Source: an uncultured Planctomycetota bacterium
GTDB taxonomy: Bacteria; Planctomycetota; PLA2; JAEUHO01
DNA: 64,000 nucleotides
Assembly: GCA_963752285.1 (NCBI GenBank)
Contig: CAVVXN010000005.1
Location: forward strand, 128,001-192,000
Direction of reading: 5' to 3'
A program made the translations under genes and the position numbers. Of this stretch, positions 1 through 9,294 are shown piece after piece (position 1 is the stretch's first letter; each line of letters opens with the position of its first letter). Below the pieces are notes generated by a model, which was not told the DNA's origin, did not search any database, and saw only the letters and a list, made by a program, of their open reading frames with translations.

Positions 1-2
1 TC

Positions 3-521
3 ACGCTCGTCGCCGCGACGACGGAGGAAGCGAAGGTGTCGGGTCCGCTTCGCTCGCGGTTCGGGCTCGTGGAGACGCTCGGGTTCTACGAGGAGGCCGC
101 GCTGGTGCGGCTGGTGGACGAGCACGCGCGAAGGGAGGGCGTAGACCTCCCGGTGGAGTCGGCCGAGGCGCTCGTCCGCGTGGCCCGCGGGACGCCCCGG
201 GAGGCGCTCCGGCTCCTCGAGCGGACGCTCGACCTCGCGGCGGCGGAGGGCGTGCCCCGGGTCTCACCGGAGATCGTAAAGGAGGCGCTCCGGATGCTCG
301 GGTTCGACGCGGACGGCCTGAACCCTGCCGAGCGGCGCTACCTCGCGCTGCTCCGGGGGCGTCGCGGACCCGTGCCCCTCGCGCGGCTCGCGCGGATGCT
401 CGGGACGAGCGCCGTGGCGGTGGCGCGGCAGATCGAGCCGTACCTGTGTCTTCGAGGCTTCGTCCAGGTGACGGCGATGGGTCGGCTGGCGTCGTACCGG
501 CCGCGGATCGCGCAAGCCTGA
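3..521 (+). CDS. ruvB: Divergent RuvB-family Holliday junction helicase, C-terminal part (truncated by window start)
   Basis: The frame reads TLVAATT..SGPLRSRFG...RGTPREALRLLER...D.DGL...EPYL...FVQVTAMGR, collinear with the RuvB AAA-lid and winged-helix motifs. Several canonical residues are substituted. Confidence 0.75.
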   Translation, partial: TLVAATTEEAKVSGPLRSRFGLVETLGFYEEAALVRLVDEHARREGVDLPVESAEALVRVARGTPREALRLLERTLDLAAAEGVPRVSPEIVKEALRMLGFDADGLNPAERRYLALLRGRRGPVPLARLARMLGTSAVAVARQIEPYLCLRGFVQVTAMGRLASYRPRIAQA

Positions 522-750
522 CGGAGGGAGGGAGGAGGAGCGCCCGCACGAACACGAGCAGGGAGCGGGAAGAGCGGGCCCCCGCACGGTAGAGGGCGGC
601 CGACCAGGTCGCGCGAGCGAGGGCGGGGGATCCCGGCCTCGGGCGCGCGGGCGTCGGGCGTCGCTCGGCGCGAGCTTGGTGGCCGAGCTCGGTGGCTCGG
701 CGTGCGTCGGGCGGCTCTTTGTAAAGACGCGCGCGCGCCGAACGTTCGGC

Positions 751-771
751 AAACCCGACCGGCGGGTCGGG
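751..771 (-). terminator. Possible intrinsic terminator for the heme operon
   Basis: On the minus strand, a CCCGACC-4nt-GGTCGGG hairpin is followed by TTT just after the hemN stop. A perfect 14-bp palindrome (GCCGAACGTTCGGC, 737-750) is adjacent. Confidence 0.35.
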
Positions 772-783
772 ATTGGGGCCGGT

Positions 784-2235
784 TCAGACCGTGCGGCTGT
801 AGCGGGGGCGGGTCGGGCCTTCCTCGTCGCGGCGGGCTCGTTCGGCGCGGAGGTGCGCGTCGAAGACCATGCACACGTTTCGGACGAAGAGGCGGCCGAG
901 CGGCGTGAGGCGGATGCCCTCGGCGTCCACCTGGACGATGCCGTCGTCGGCCATCGCCCGGAGCTCCTCGGCCTCCTCCGGGTAGCGCTCGCGCCAGTCA
1001 CCCCCGCCCGCGGGGATGTCGGGAAGGAGGTGCGTGCGGCCGACGCGACCGTTGCACATGAGCTCCTGGATGATCCGGCCCCGGAGCTCGTCGTCCGGCG
1101 TACGTCGGTAGCCGCGGTGTACGGGGAGCTCACCCGCCTGGATCGCGTGCTCCCACTGGGTGAGCTTCGCGTGGTTCTGCACGTACACGCCCCGCGCATC
1201 GCCGATGCCCGTGATCCCGAGCGCGACCATGTCGGTGCCCGCGCGCGTGTGGAAGCCCATGAAGTTCCGGTGGAGCGTCCCCTCCGCGCGCGCACGCGTG
1301 AGCTCGTCGTCGGGGCGGGCGAAGTGGTCCATGCCGATGAACTCGTAGCCCGCGCCGACGAACGTCTTGACGCCCGCCTGGAACAGCGCGAGGCGTTCGC
1401 GCGCCTTCGGGAGCGCCGCCTCGTCGATCTTGCGCTGGTGGGCCTTGAGCCACGGCACGTGCGCGTAGCCGAAGAGGCTCACGCGGTCGGGCCGGATGCG
1501 TTCGACCACCACGTCGAGCGTCTTCTGGAAGTCCTCGGGCGTCTGGTGGGGGAGTCCGTACATGAGGTCCACGTTGACGCTCGTGAAGCCCTCCTCGCGG
1601 CAGAACTCCACCAGCGCGAGGGTCTGCTCGACCGACTGCACGCGGTTGACGGCCTCCTGGACCTTCGGCGTGAAGTCCTGAACGCCCATGCTCACACGCC
1701 ACCAGCCGAGGCGACGGAGGGTCGAGACGTGCTCCCGCGTGGTCACGCAGGGATCGACCTCGAGCGCGATCTCCGCGTCACCGAGGATCTCGAAGCGATC
1801 GGCGATCTTCGCGTGGATCTGCTCGAGCGCCTCGGCGGGAAAGTACGTCGGCGTCCCGCCGCCCAGGTGGAGCTGCGCGAGGCGGCGGTTGCCCGCCGAG
1901 AGCGCGTCGGCGACCAGGTCGATCTCGGGCAGGAGCGCGGCGAGGTACCGGTCCACGATCGCGCGGTCGCGGCTCACGATCACGTTGCACCCGCAGTAGG
2001 TGCACATCGCCTCGCAGAAGGGGAGGTGGAGGTACAGGCTCAGCGGCGGCGCGTCGGGACCGCGCGACCGGTAGACCTCGAGCGCCTCGGCGGGGCCGAT
2101 CTCGGGTCCGAAGTGCGGCGCGGGCGGGTACGAGGTGTAGCGCGGACCCGGGCGGTCGTAGCGCGGCGTGAGCTCGACGGCACGCGCGAGGTCCGCGGCG
2201 TCGGGCGGACGATCGGGGACGCCGGGCTCGGTCAT
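784..2235 (-). CDS. hemN: Oxygen-independent coproporphyrinogen III oxidase (radical SAM)
   Basis: Motifs PRYTSYP, YLHLPFCEAMCTYCGCN (CxxxCxxC), GGGTPT, IGMDHF and LHRNFMG. The ATG at 2235 overlaps the hemE stop (ATGA). Confidence 0.95.
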   Translation of the reverse strand: MTEPGVPDRPPDAADLARAVELTPRYDRPGPRYTSYPPAPHFGPEIGPAEALEVYRSRGPDAPPLSLYLHLPFCEAMCTYCGCNVIVSRDRAIVDRYLAALLPEIDLVADALSAGNRRLAQLHLGGGTPTYFPAEALEQIHAKIADRFEILGDAEIALEVDPCVTTREHVSTLRRLGWWRVSMGVQDFTPKVQEAVNRVQSVEQTLALVEFCREEGFTSVNVDLMYGLPHQTPEDFQKTLDVVVERIRPDRVSLFGYAHVPWLKAHQRKIDEAALPKARERLALFQAGVKTFVGAGYEFIGMDHFARPDDELTRARAEGTLHRNFMGFHTRAGTDMVALGITGIGDARGVYVQNHAKLTQWEHAIQAGELPVHRGYRRTPDDELRGRIIQELMCNGRVGRTHLLPDIPAGGGDWRERYPEEAEELRAMADDGIVQVDAEGIRLTPLGRLFVRNVCMVFDAHLRAERARRDEEGPTRPRYSRTV

Positions 2236-3278
2236 CGCGCCTCCGAGGGAGCCGGCACGGGTCGGAAGCGGTGGACCGCCTCCACGAATGCGCGCGCGTT
2301 GTCCGGGGGCGTGTCCTTGAGGATCCCGTGGCCCAGGTTCGCGAGGTGGGGGCGGCCGGGGGGCACGGACGCGCACATCTTCGTCGTCGCCTCATGGACC
2401 GTGCGCTCGTTCGTGAGGAGCACGGTCGGGTCGAGGTTCCCCTGCAGCCGCACGCGGCCTTCGACGCGGGCGTACGCGGCCCCGAGGTCGGTCCGCCAGT
2501 CGAGCGAGAGCGCCTCGACGCCCGTGAGGAGCGCGTCCTCGAGGCGCGCGGCCGTGCCGAGACCGGGGAAGAGGATCACCGGCGGTCGGTGCGGCCCCAG
2601 GCCTTCGACGACGCGACGCACGGACGGCACCACGATCTCGCGGAAGAGGTCCGGCGAGAGGACGCCGGCCCAGGTGTCGAAGAGCTGCAGGACCTGCGCG
2701 CCACAGGCCGCCTGCTCCCGGAGGTAGGGCACCAGCGCGTCGGCCGCGCGGTCCACCAGCTCCCGAAACGCGCGCGGATGCGCGTGGAGGAAGCGCCGCG
2801 TGGTCTCGAAGTCCCGGCTCGTCCCGCCCTCGACCATGTACGCACAGAGGGTGAAGGGCGCGGCCGAGAAGCCGATCAGCGCGACGCGGTCGGGGAGCGC
2901 GCGGCGCAGGATCGACACGGTCTCGAAGACCGCCCGCACCCGCGACGGGTCGGGCGCGTGGACGCGCTGGACGTCGGCCGGCGAGCGGATGGGATGGACG
3001 ATCCGCGGGCCGCCGTCGGGGAACTCGACCGTGACGCCCATGGCGTCGGCCGTGAGCAGGATGTCGGCGAAGACGATCGCCGCGTCCACGTCGAACCGCT
3101 CGACGGGCTCGAGCGTCACCTCGGCGGCCAGCTCCGGCGTGCGGCAGAGGTCCAGGAACGAGGTCTTGGCGCGGACGCGCTGGTAGCCGGGGAGGTAGCG
3201 TCCCGCCTGGCGCATCATCCAGACGGGGAAGCGATCGACCGGCTCGCCCTGGAGCGCGCGGAGGAAGAGCGGGGTCAC
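2232..3278 (-). CDS. hemE: Uroporphyrinogen decarboxylase
   Basis: Motifs PVWMMRQAGRYLP, DAAIVFADIL, LQLFDTWAG, QGNLDP and NLGHGI. The GTG start overlaps the hemA stop. It occupies the C-terminal part of track ORF 2232..5699. Confidence 0.95.
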   Translation of the reverse strand: MTPLFLRALQGEPVDRFPVWMMRQAGRYLPGYQRVRAKTSFLDLCRTPELAAEVTLEPVERFDVDAAIVFADILLTADAMGVTVEFPDGGPRIVHPIRSPADVQRVHAPDPSRVRAVFETVSILRRALPDRVALIGFSAAPFTLCAYMVEGGTSRDFETTRRFLHAHPRAFRELVDRAADALVPYLREQAACGAQVLQLFDTWAGVLSPDLFREIVVPSVRRVVEGLGPHRPPVILFPGLGTAARLEDALLTGVEALSLDWRTDLGAAYARVEGRVRLQGNLDPTVLLTNERTVHEATTKMCASVPPGRPHLANLGHGILKDTPPDNARAFVEAVHRFRPVPAPSEAR

Positions 3279-4543
3279 GGCGCGGGCTCCTCGGGCTCGC
3301 CGAGACCGAAGAGCGAGCGGAGGTGCTCGGCCGTCGGCATCGAGGGGTCTTCCTTCTCCATGCCCTTCACCACACGCGCGGTGGGTCGGGCGAGGAGCTT
3401 CTGGACGAGGCGCTTCGTCAGCTTCTCGACCGCCGCGCGGACCTCGCCGTTCACGTGCTCCGGGAGGTACGAGAGCTCGCTCTGTCGCACCTGCTCGGCC
3501 CAGGCCGTGATGGTCTGGATCGTCGGCATCGCCGCGAGCGTGCGGTACCACGCGCGGAACTCGCCGTACTCCTGGGCGAGGATCGTCTCGACCTCGGGCA
3601 CGGCCTCGCGGCGCTGCGAGAGCGAGCTCGCGACGATCTCCTCGAGCGCGTCGAGGTGGTAGAGGAACACGCCGGGCAGGTCGCCGATCGACGGTTCGGC
3701 GATGCGCGGTACACAGAGGTCCACGATGAGGAGCGGGTCGCGACGCTTCGTGAGGGCGGTCTCGACCGCGGTGCGGTCGAGCGGCCGCGCGCCGCCGGCC
3801 AGCACGACGACGTGCGTGCGCGCGATCTCGGACGGCACGTCCTCGAGCCCGAGGACCCCCGCCCGAGGGAGCATCCCCGCCAGCTCCTCGGCGTGCGACC
3901 GGGTGCGGTTCGCGACCATGTAGCGTCCGTCGCCGGAGGCCGCGAGCGCCAGCGCCGTCTGCCGCGCCATCTGTCCCGCGCCCACGACGAGCACGTCGCG
4001 GCCGGCCACGCTGCCGAACACACGCTGCGCCACGCGTGCCGCGGCGCTGCCGTGCGAGACGCCCCCGGACGAGATCCGCGTCTCGCTCCGCGCGCGCTTG
4101 CCGGCGCGGAGCGCGCTTCGGGCGAGCCGGTCGAGCACCTTGCCGGCCGTGCTCGCCTTGAGCGCCGCCTCGTGCGCGGCGCTCACCTGGCCCTGGATCT
4201 CGGTCTCGCCGAGGATCGCCGACTCGAGGCCCGCGGCGACGCGGAAGAGGTGGCGCGCCGCGGTCTCGCCCTCGCGCACGCGGAGCACGGTGGTGTCGAG
4301 GCCCTTCGCGCCCGGGAGCACGTCGCCGAGCGCCTCCACGACGAGGTCCGAACCGTCCGCGCGCGCCGTCACGACGTAGAGCTCCGTGCGGTTGCACGTC
4401 GCGACGAGCATCGCCTCGTCGGCCCACGACCGGGCGCAGACCTGACGCAGGAGGTCGGAGATGCCGCCCGGCGGGACCGCGAGCCCGTCGCGCACCTCGA
4501 TGGGCGCGACGTGGTGGTCGATGCCGACGAGGAAGAGGTCCAC
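3275..4543 (-). CDS. hemA: Glutamyl-tRNA reductase
   Basis: TCNRTE catalytic Cys, HLFRVAAGLES, GETEIQGQV and the GAGQMA NADPH-binding motif. Confidence 0.95.
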   Translation of the reverse strand: MDLFLVGIDHHVAPIEVRDGLAVPPGGISDLLRQVCARSWADEAMLVATCNRTELYVVTARADGSDLVVEALGDVLPGAKGLDTTVLRVREGETAARHLFRVAAGLESAILGETEIQGQVSAAHEAALKASTAGKVLDRLARSALRAGKRARSETRISSGGVSHGSAAARVAQRVFGSVAGRDVLVVGAGQMARQTALALAASGDGRYMVANRTRSHAEELAGMLPRAGVLGLEDVPSEIARTHVVVLAGGARPLDRTAVETALTKRRDPLLIVDLCVPRIAEPSIGDLPGVFLYHLDALEEIVASSLSQRREAVPEVETILAQEYGEFRAWYRTLAAMPTIQTITAWAEQVRQSELSYLPEHVNGEVRAAVEKLTKRLVQKLLARPTARVVKGMEKEDPSMPTAEHLRSLFGLGEPEEPAP

Positions 4544-4546
4544 GGC

Positions 4547-5344
4547 CTACCCCCAGGCCACCAGCGGGTGGACGAGGAGCAGCGCGACGAGCACGACCAC
4601 GAGGCCCATGAGGTTGAGCCATGCCGCCATGCGCCCGCGGAGCGGGCGCCGCCACCAGATCCACGACGCGGCGAGGAGGAGGAGGAAGCACGCGGCCGTG
4701 AGGCCCACGAGCACGGTCGTCCCGGGAGGCGCCTCCTCGTTTCGGGCCACGACCACGCCCAGCACCAGGGCCGGCCCCAGCAGGAACACGCCCAGGAACG
4801 AGGCGCGCCGGTCGAGTCGTTCGAAGCCGCGGAGGGAGGGCCCTTCGGCACCGTCTTGTCCGAGCACGCCGCGCTTCACCCTCCGGTACTGGCCGAGGTA
4901 GCCGCCCGCGAGGAGCCCGCCCGCGAGGACGGCGGCGGTGCCCATCAGCGAGAGCCCGACGTGGAACGTGCGGATCGTGTCGTGGGCCATGTCCGCCGCG
5001 CGTCCCGCGTGGATCAGGCCCGGAGCGCCGAGGGCCGCGAGCAGCGTCGCCGCCGCGTAGAAGCCCCCGCCGTGCGTCGCGACGCGGCTCGTCGCCTCGA
5101 GCACCAGGTAGAGCGCGCCGAGCGAGAACGCGAGGAACGAGAGCGACTGGCTCGGTGTGGCGAACGGGCTCCGGCCGATGATCCGCGAGAGCAGGATCAG
5201 GCCCAGGAGGTGCGCTCCGACCGCCAGCGGGCCGAGGAGTCGGGCCCACACGGGCGGCGGCTCGCGGCGGCGGCGGGCCTCCAGGTACGCGGTGGCGACG
5301 GCGGAGTACAGCGCCACCACCAGGACCAGGATCGGGGTGCCCAT
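4547..5344 (-). CDS. Cytochrome c assembly (CcsA/HemX-like) polytopic membrane protein
   Basis: About 8 hydrophobic segments with conserved His, plus GRSPF and PSL..ERL motifs. Position directly upstream of hemA is typical for this family. Confidence 0.7.
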   Translation of the reverse strand: MGTPILVLVVALYSAVATAYLEARRRREPPPVWARLLGPLAVGAHLLGLILLSRIIGRSPFATPSQSLSFLAFSLGALYLVLEATSRVATHGGGFYAAATLLAALGAPGLIHAGRAADMAHDTIRTFHVGLSLMGTAAVLAGGLLAGGYLGQYRRVKRGVLGQDGAEGPSLRGFERLDRRASFLGVFLLGPALVLGVVVARNEEAPPGTTVLVGLTAACFLLLLAASWIWWRRPLRGRMAAWLNLMGLVVVLVALLLVHPLVAWG

Positions 5345-5537
5345 TCCGGCCCATGTTCGCGGACGATCCGGGGAGGGGGAAGGGAAGCCCGTGCGTCACG
5401 CGGGGTCCCTTCACGAGGGGCGAGAGCGTGAGCCGGAGGGGGTGCGGGGGAGGCACGCGGGGGAGCGGGGGAGTCGGGGGAGCCGGGGGTGCGGAGGCGG
5501 CCCGGGGCGCGGGGCGGCGCGTGGTAGGGTTCCCCCC

Positions 5538-5834
5538 ATGCCCGCGAAGAAGGCCGGTCCGCCGCCTGCCCCCGTCGCCGCCGAGGGCCCGTCTTTCGAG
5601 GAGCGACTGGCCGCCCTCGAAGGCGTCGTGAAGGACCTCGAGGGCGAGGATCTCTCCCTCGAGGCGTCGATCGCCCGCTATCGGGAGGGCGTCCGGCACC
5701 TCGAGGCCTGCCGCGCGCTCCTCGACGAGGCGGAACGCCGACTGGTCGAGCTGACACGGGGCGCCGCCGGCGAGACGGCCGAGCGCGCCCTCCGGGTCGG
5801 CGACGAGGGCCTCGAGCCCGACGACCCGGCGTGA
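5538..5834 (+). CDS. xseB: Exodeoxyribonuclease VII small subunit
   Basis: SFEERLAALEGVVKDLE..LSLEASIARYREG...C...L..AE motif. Confidence 0.9.
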   Translation: MPAKKAGPPPAPVAAEGPSFEERLAALEGVVKDLEGEDLSLEASIARYREGVRHLEACRALLDEAERRLVELTRGAAGETAERALRVGDEGLEPDDPA

Positions 5835-5862
5835 CGGCCCGCGCGGCGGGCGTGCCGCGCGA

Positions 5863-6771
5863 TCAGCGATCGCGGTGGGTCACGAGGCGCGCGAGCTCGT
5901 CGAGGAGGCGCGCCCCCGGGAGCGAACGGACCGCCTCCACGGCCGCGGCGACCTCGGCCTCGGCCTTCGCGCGGGCGCCCTCCACGCCGGCGAGGGACAC
6001 CCACGTCATGCGGTGCTCGACCGCGTCCTTGCCCGGGGTCTTGCCCAGGGCCTCCGCGGTCCCCACCACGTCGAGCACGTCGTCGATCATCTGGAACGCG
6101 AACCCGAGGTGCGTCCCGTAGCGACCGAGGGCGTCCACCTGCTCCGGGTTGCCCCCGCCGACGAGGCCGCCGCCCCGACACGCGCCGCGGATCAGCGCCG
6201 CGGTCTTGCCGGCCTGCACGCGGCGCAGCGTCTCCTCGTCGGGCGCGTGGCCGCTCGCGGCGAGGTCCTCGGCCTGTCCGCCGACCATGCCCTTCGGGCC
6301 GGCCGCGTGGGCGAGCTCGTACGCGACCGCCCGGCACACGTCGGGCGGCCCGAGGCTCTCGAGGAGGTGCTCGAACGCGAACGTGTGGAGCGCGTCGCCC
6401 GCGAGGATCGCCATCGCCTCGCCGAACACCTTGTGGCTCGTGGGTCGGCCCCGCCGCAGGTCGTCGTCGTCCATCGCCGGGAGGTCGTCGTGGATCAAGG
6501 AGTACGTGTGGATCATCTCGAGCGCGGCGCCGAAGGGGAGCGTCGGCCCCGGCGTGCCGCCGACCGCTTCGGCGCTCGCCATCGCCAGCGCGGGACGGAG
6601 CCGCTTCCCGCCCGCGAGGACCGAGTAGCGCATCGCCTCGGCGAGCGGGGCGAGCGGGCCCTCGACCGAGGGAAGCACGCGATCCAGATACGCGTCCACC
6701 GCCCGGCGCGCGGTCTCGAGGAACGCGCGCGCGTCGGTGGGCCCGTCCGGGGTCGCGGCCGCGTGGGTCAT
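5863..6771 (-). CDS. ispA: Farnesyl/geranylgeranyl diphosphate synthase
   Basis: Motifs GGKRLRP, HTYSLIHDDLPAMDDDDLRRGRPT, GQAED, KTA and FQMIDDVLD. An alternative ATG lies at 6783. Confidence 0.95.
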   Translation of the reverse strand: MTHAAATPDGPTDARAFLETARRAVDAYLDRVLPSVEGPLAPLAEAMRYSVLAGGKRLRPALAMASAEAVGGTPGPTLPFGAALEMIHTYSLIHDDLPAMDDDDLRRGRPTSHKVFGEAMAILAGDALHTFAFEHLLESLGPPDVCRAVAYELAHAAGPKGMVGGQAEDLAASGHAPDEETLRRVQAGKTAALIRGACRGGGLVGGGNPEQVDALGRYGTHLGFAFQMIDDVLDVVGTAEALGKTPGKDAVEHRMTWVSLAGVEGARAKAEAEVAAAVEAVRSLPGARLLDELARLVTHRDR

Positions 6772-6859
6772 TTGGGGCGCCATCTTCGGGCCGGACGGGG
6801 GCGCGGCCAAGTCAAAGCGCCGCGATCGCCGGCGCGAGGGCCGAGCCCCGCTGGCAATC

Positions 6860-8176
6860 TCAGTACCGATAGGCGTCCGGCTTGTAGGGACCGTCCTGCG
6901 GGACGCCGAGGTACGCGGCCTGCGCGTCGGAGAGTCGCGTCAGATGCACGCCGAGCTTCTCGAGGTGCAGGCGGGCGACCTCCTCGTCGAGGCTCTTCGG
7001 GAGCACGTGGACGCCGAGGGGGAGCGGCGGCTTCGACGTCCAGAGGAGGATCTGCGCGAGGACCTGGTTCGTGAACGAGGCCGACATCACGAACGAGGGG
7101 TGACCCGTCGCGCAACCGAGGTTCACGAGACGACCCCGCGCGAGGAGGATCAGGTACCGCCCGTCGGCCCGGCGGAAGCGGTCCACCTGGGGCTTCACGC
7201 TCTCCTCGGTGATGCCGCCGGTGGTCTCGAGCCAGTGGACGTCGATCTCGTGGTCGAAGTGGCCGATGTTGCAGAGGATCACGTTGTCCTTCATCGCGAG
7301 CATGTGCTCGCTCCGGACCACGTCCTTGCAGCCGGTGGCGGTGACGAAGATGTCGCCGACGGGGGCGGCCTCCTCCATCGTCACGACCTCGTACCCCTCC
7401 ATGGCCGCCTGGAGCGCGCAGATCGGGTCGATCTCGGTGACGAGCACGCGCGCGCCGAGGCCGCGCATCGACTGGCAGCAGCCCTTGCCGACGTCGCCGT
7501 ACCCGGCGACGACGACGACCTTCCCGGCCACCATCACGCCCGTCGCGCGCTTCAGTCCGTCGGCGAGCGACTCTCGGCAACCGTACAGGTTGTCGAACTT
7601 CGACTTCGTGACCGAGTCGTTCACGTTCACGGCGGGGATCCGGAGCGTGCCTCTCTCGTGGGCCTGGTAGAGGCGGTGGACGCCCGTCGTCGTCTCCTCG
7701 GAGAGGCCCTGGACGCCGGGGACCAGCTCGGGGTGCCGGTCGTGGACGATCCAGGTGAGGTCGCCGCCGTCGTCGAGGAGCAGGTTCGGACCGCGGCCGT
7801 CGGGCCACTGGAGCGTCTGCTCGATGCACCACTCGTACTCCTCGAGGGTCTCGCCCTTCCAGGCGAAGACGGGGACGCCGGCCTTCGCGACCGCGGCCGC
7901 CGCGTGGTCCTCCGTCGAGTAGATGTTGCAGGACGACCACCGAACCTCGGCCCCGAGGTGCACGAGCGTCTCGATCAGGATCGCCGTCTCGACGGTCATG
8001 TGGAGGCATCCGGCGATCCGCGCGCCGGCCAGGGGCTTCGTCTTCCCGTACCGCTCGCGGAGCGCCATCAGCCCGGGCATCTCGGGCTCGGAGATGGCGA
8101 TCTCCATGCGTCCGGCCCCGGCCAGGGCGATGTCCTTCACCTTGTAGTCGGTGGGGGTCGTGGTCATCGGCGTCAT
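6860..8176 (-). CDS. ahcY: S-adenosylhomocysteine hydrolase
   Basis: Motifs [45 protein letters not shown] and C-terminal YRY. An alternative ATG lies at 8167. Confidence 0.97.
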   Translation of the reverse strand: MTPMTTTPTDYKVKDIALAGAGRMEIAISEPEMPGLMALRERYGKTKPLAGARIAGCLHMTVETAILIETLVHLGAEVRWSSCNIYSTEDHAAAAVAKAGVPVFAWKGETLEEYEWCIEQTLQWPDGRGPNLLLDDGGDLTWIVHDRHPELVPGVQGLSEETTTGVHRLYQAHERGTLRIPAVNVNDSVTKSKFDNLYGCRESLADGLKRATGVMVAGKVVVVAGYGDVGKGCCQSMRGLGARVLVTEIDPICALQAAMEGYEVVTMEEAAPVGDIFVTATGCKDVVRSEHMLAMKDNVILCNIGHFDHEIDVHWLETTGGITEESVKPQVDRFRRADGRYLILLARGRLVNLGCATGHPSFVMSASFTNQVLAQILLWTSKPPLPLGVHVLPKSLDEEVARLHLEKLGVHLTRLSDAQAAYLGVPQDGPYKPDAYRY

Positions 8177-8294
8177 CGATCGTCCTCGGGTTCGAAGGCG
8201 CCGCGGTACGCGGCGCGCGACCTGCCTGCAACCCTCGGCGAGGCCGCTCGGCGGGGGCGAGCCGGGCCACGCACCCTGGTATGGTACGCGGCCC

Positions 8295-9233
8295 ATGGGG
8301 CCCGATCGCTTCGCCGTCGCCGAGCTCCGGGAGTCCCTCGGCCGCCCTCTGCCCGAGCTCCCCTGCAAGTACCTCTACGACGATCGGGGGAGCGAGCTCT
8401 TCGACGAGATCACGACGCTCGAGGAGTACTACCCCACCCGCGTCGAGACCTCGATCCTCGAGGGATCGGGCGACGCCATCATCGAGGCCGTCCGCCCCCG
8501 CGAGCTGGTCGAACTCGGCTCGGGCGCGGGCCGGAAGATCCAGATCCTCCTCGACGCGATGGCCCGCCGCGGGCTCTTGGAACGGGTCCTCCTCCTCGAG
8601 ATCAACGAGCGGTTCCTCGCGACCTCGGTGCAGTCGCTCGAGGCCGGTCACCCGGGGCTCCGGGTCGTCGGGATCCCCGGCGACTTCGAGCGCGACCTCA
8701 TCCGGCTCGGCCTCGGCGGAGACCGGCTGATCCTGCTCCTCGCGAGCACGATCGGGAACCTCGCGCCCGACGAGGCGGGGCGGTTCGTCGGGCGCGTCGC
8801 GCGTCAGATGGCCGCGCGGGACGCCTTCCTCGTCGGATTCGACCTGATCAAGGACAAGGCCGTCCTCGAACGCGCCTACAACGACGGGCGTGGCGTGACC
8901 GCCGCGTTCAACCGGAACATCCTCCGCGTGGTGAACGCGCGCTTCGGCGGCGACTTCGACGTGGACGCCTTCGAGCACGTCGCGTTCTACGACGAGGCGA
9001 ACGCGTGGATCGAGATGCGGCTTCGCGCCACGAAGCCGACGCGCGCGCGCGTCGATGCCGTCGGCGTGTCGCTCGCCTTCGACGCCGGCGACGAGATCCG
9101 GACCGAGATCTCGTGCAAGTACGACCGCGCGCGGGCCGAGGCCGTCGCCAGGGTCGGCGGGCTCGTCCTCGATCGCTGGGACACCGACCCGGAGGGTCGG
9201 TTCGCCCTCGGGCTCCTGCGTCGCGCCTCGTGA
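8295..9233 (+). CDS. egtD: L-histidine N-alpha-trimethyltransferase (EgtD/Methyltransf_33 family)
   Basis: Motifs [47 protein letters not shown] and TEISCKY. Confidence 0.9.
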   Translation: MGPDRFAVAELRESLGRPLPELPCKYLYDDRGSELFDEITTLEEYYPTRVETSILEGSGDAIIEAVRPRELVELGSGAGRKIQILLDAMARRGLLERVLLLEINERFLATSVQSLEAGHPGLRVVGIPGDFERDLIRLGLGGDRLILLLASTIGNLAPDEAGRFVGRVARQMAARDAFLVGFDLIKDKAVLERAYNDGRGVTAAFNRNILRVVNARFGGDFDVDAFEHVAFYDEANAWIEMRLRATKPTRARVDAVGVSLAFDAGDEIRTEISCKYDRARAEAVARVGGLVLDRWDTDPEGRFALGLLRRAS

Positions 9234-9294
9234 ACGGGGCCGCACGAACGTCCTCCGGCTTCCGCCCCGGGGCCGGGGCGGTACCCTTCCTCCG

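Noticed and set aside
2232..5699. 1155-aa ORF suggesting a giant HemE fusion
   Set aside because: Only the last 348 aa are HemE. The upstream part is an off-frame read through hemA and the ccsA-like gene.
8177..8294. Canonical SAH or SAM riboswitch call
   Set aside because: Core consensus elements match only partially; kept as a low-interest finding rather than a feature.
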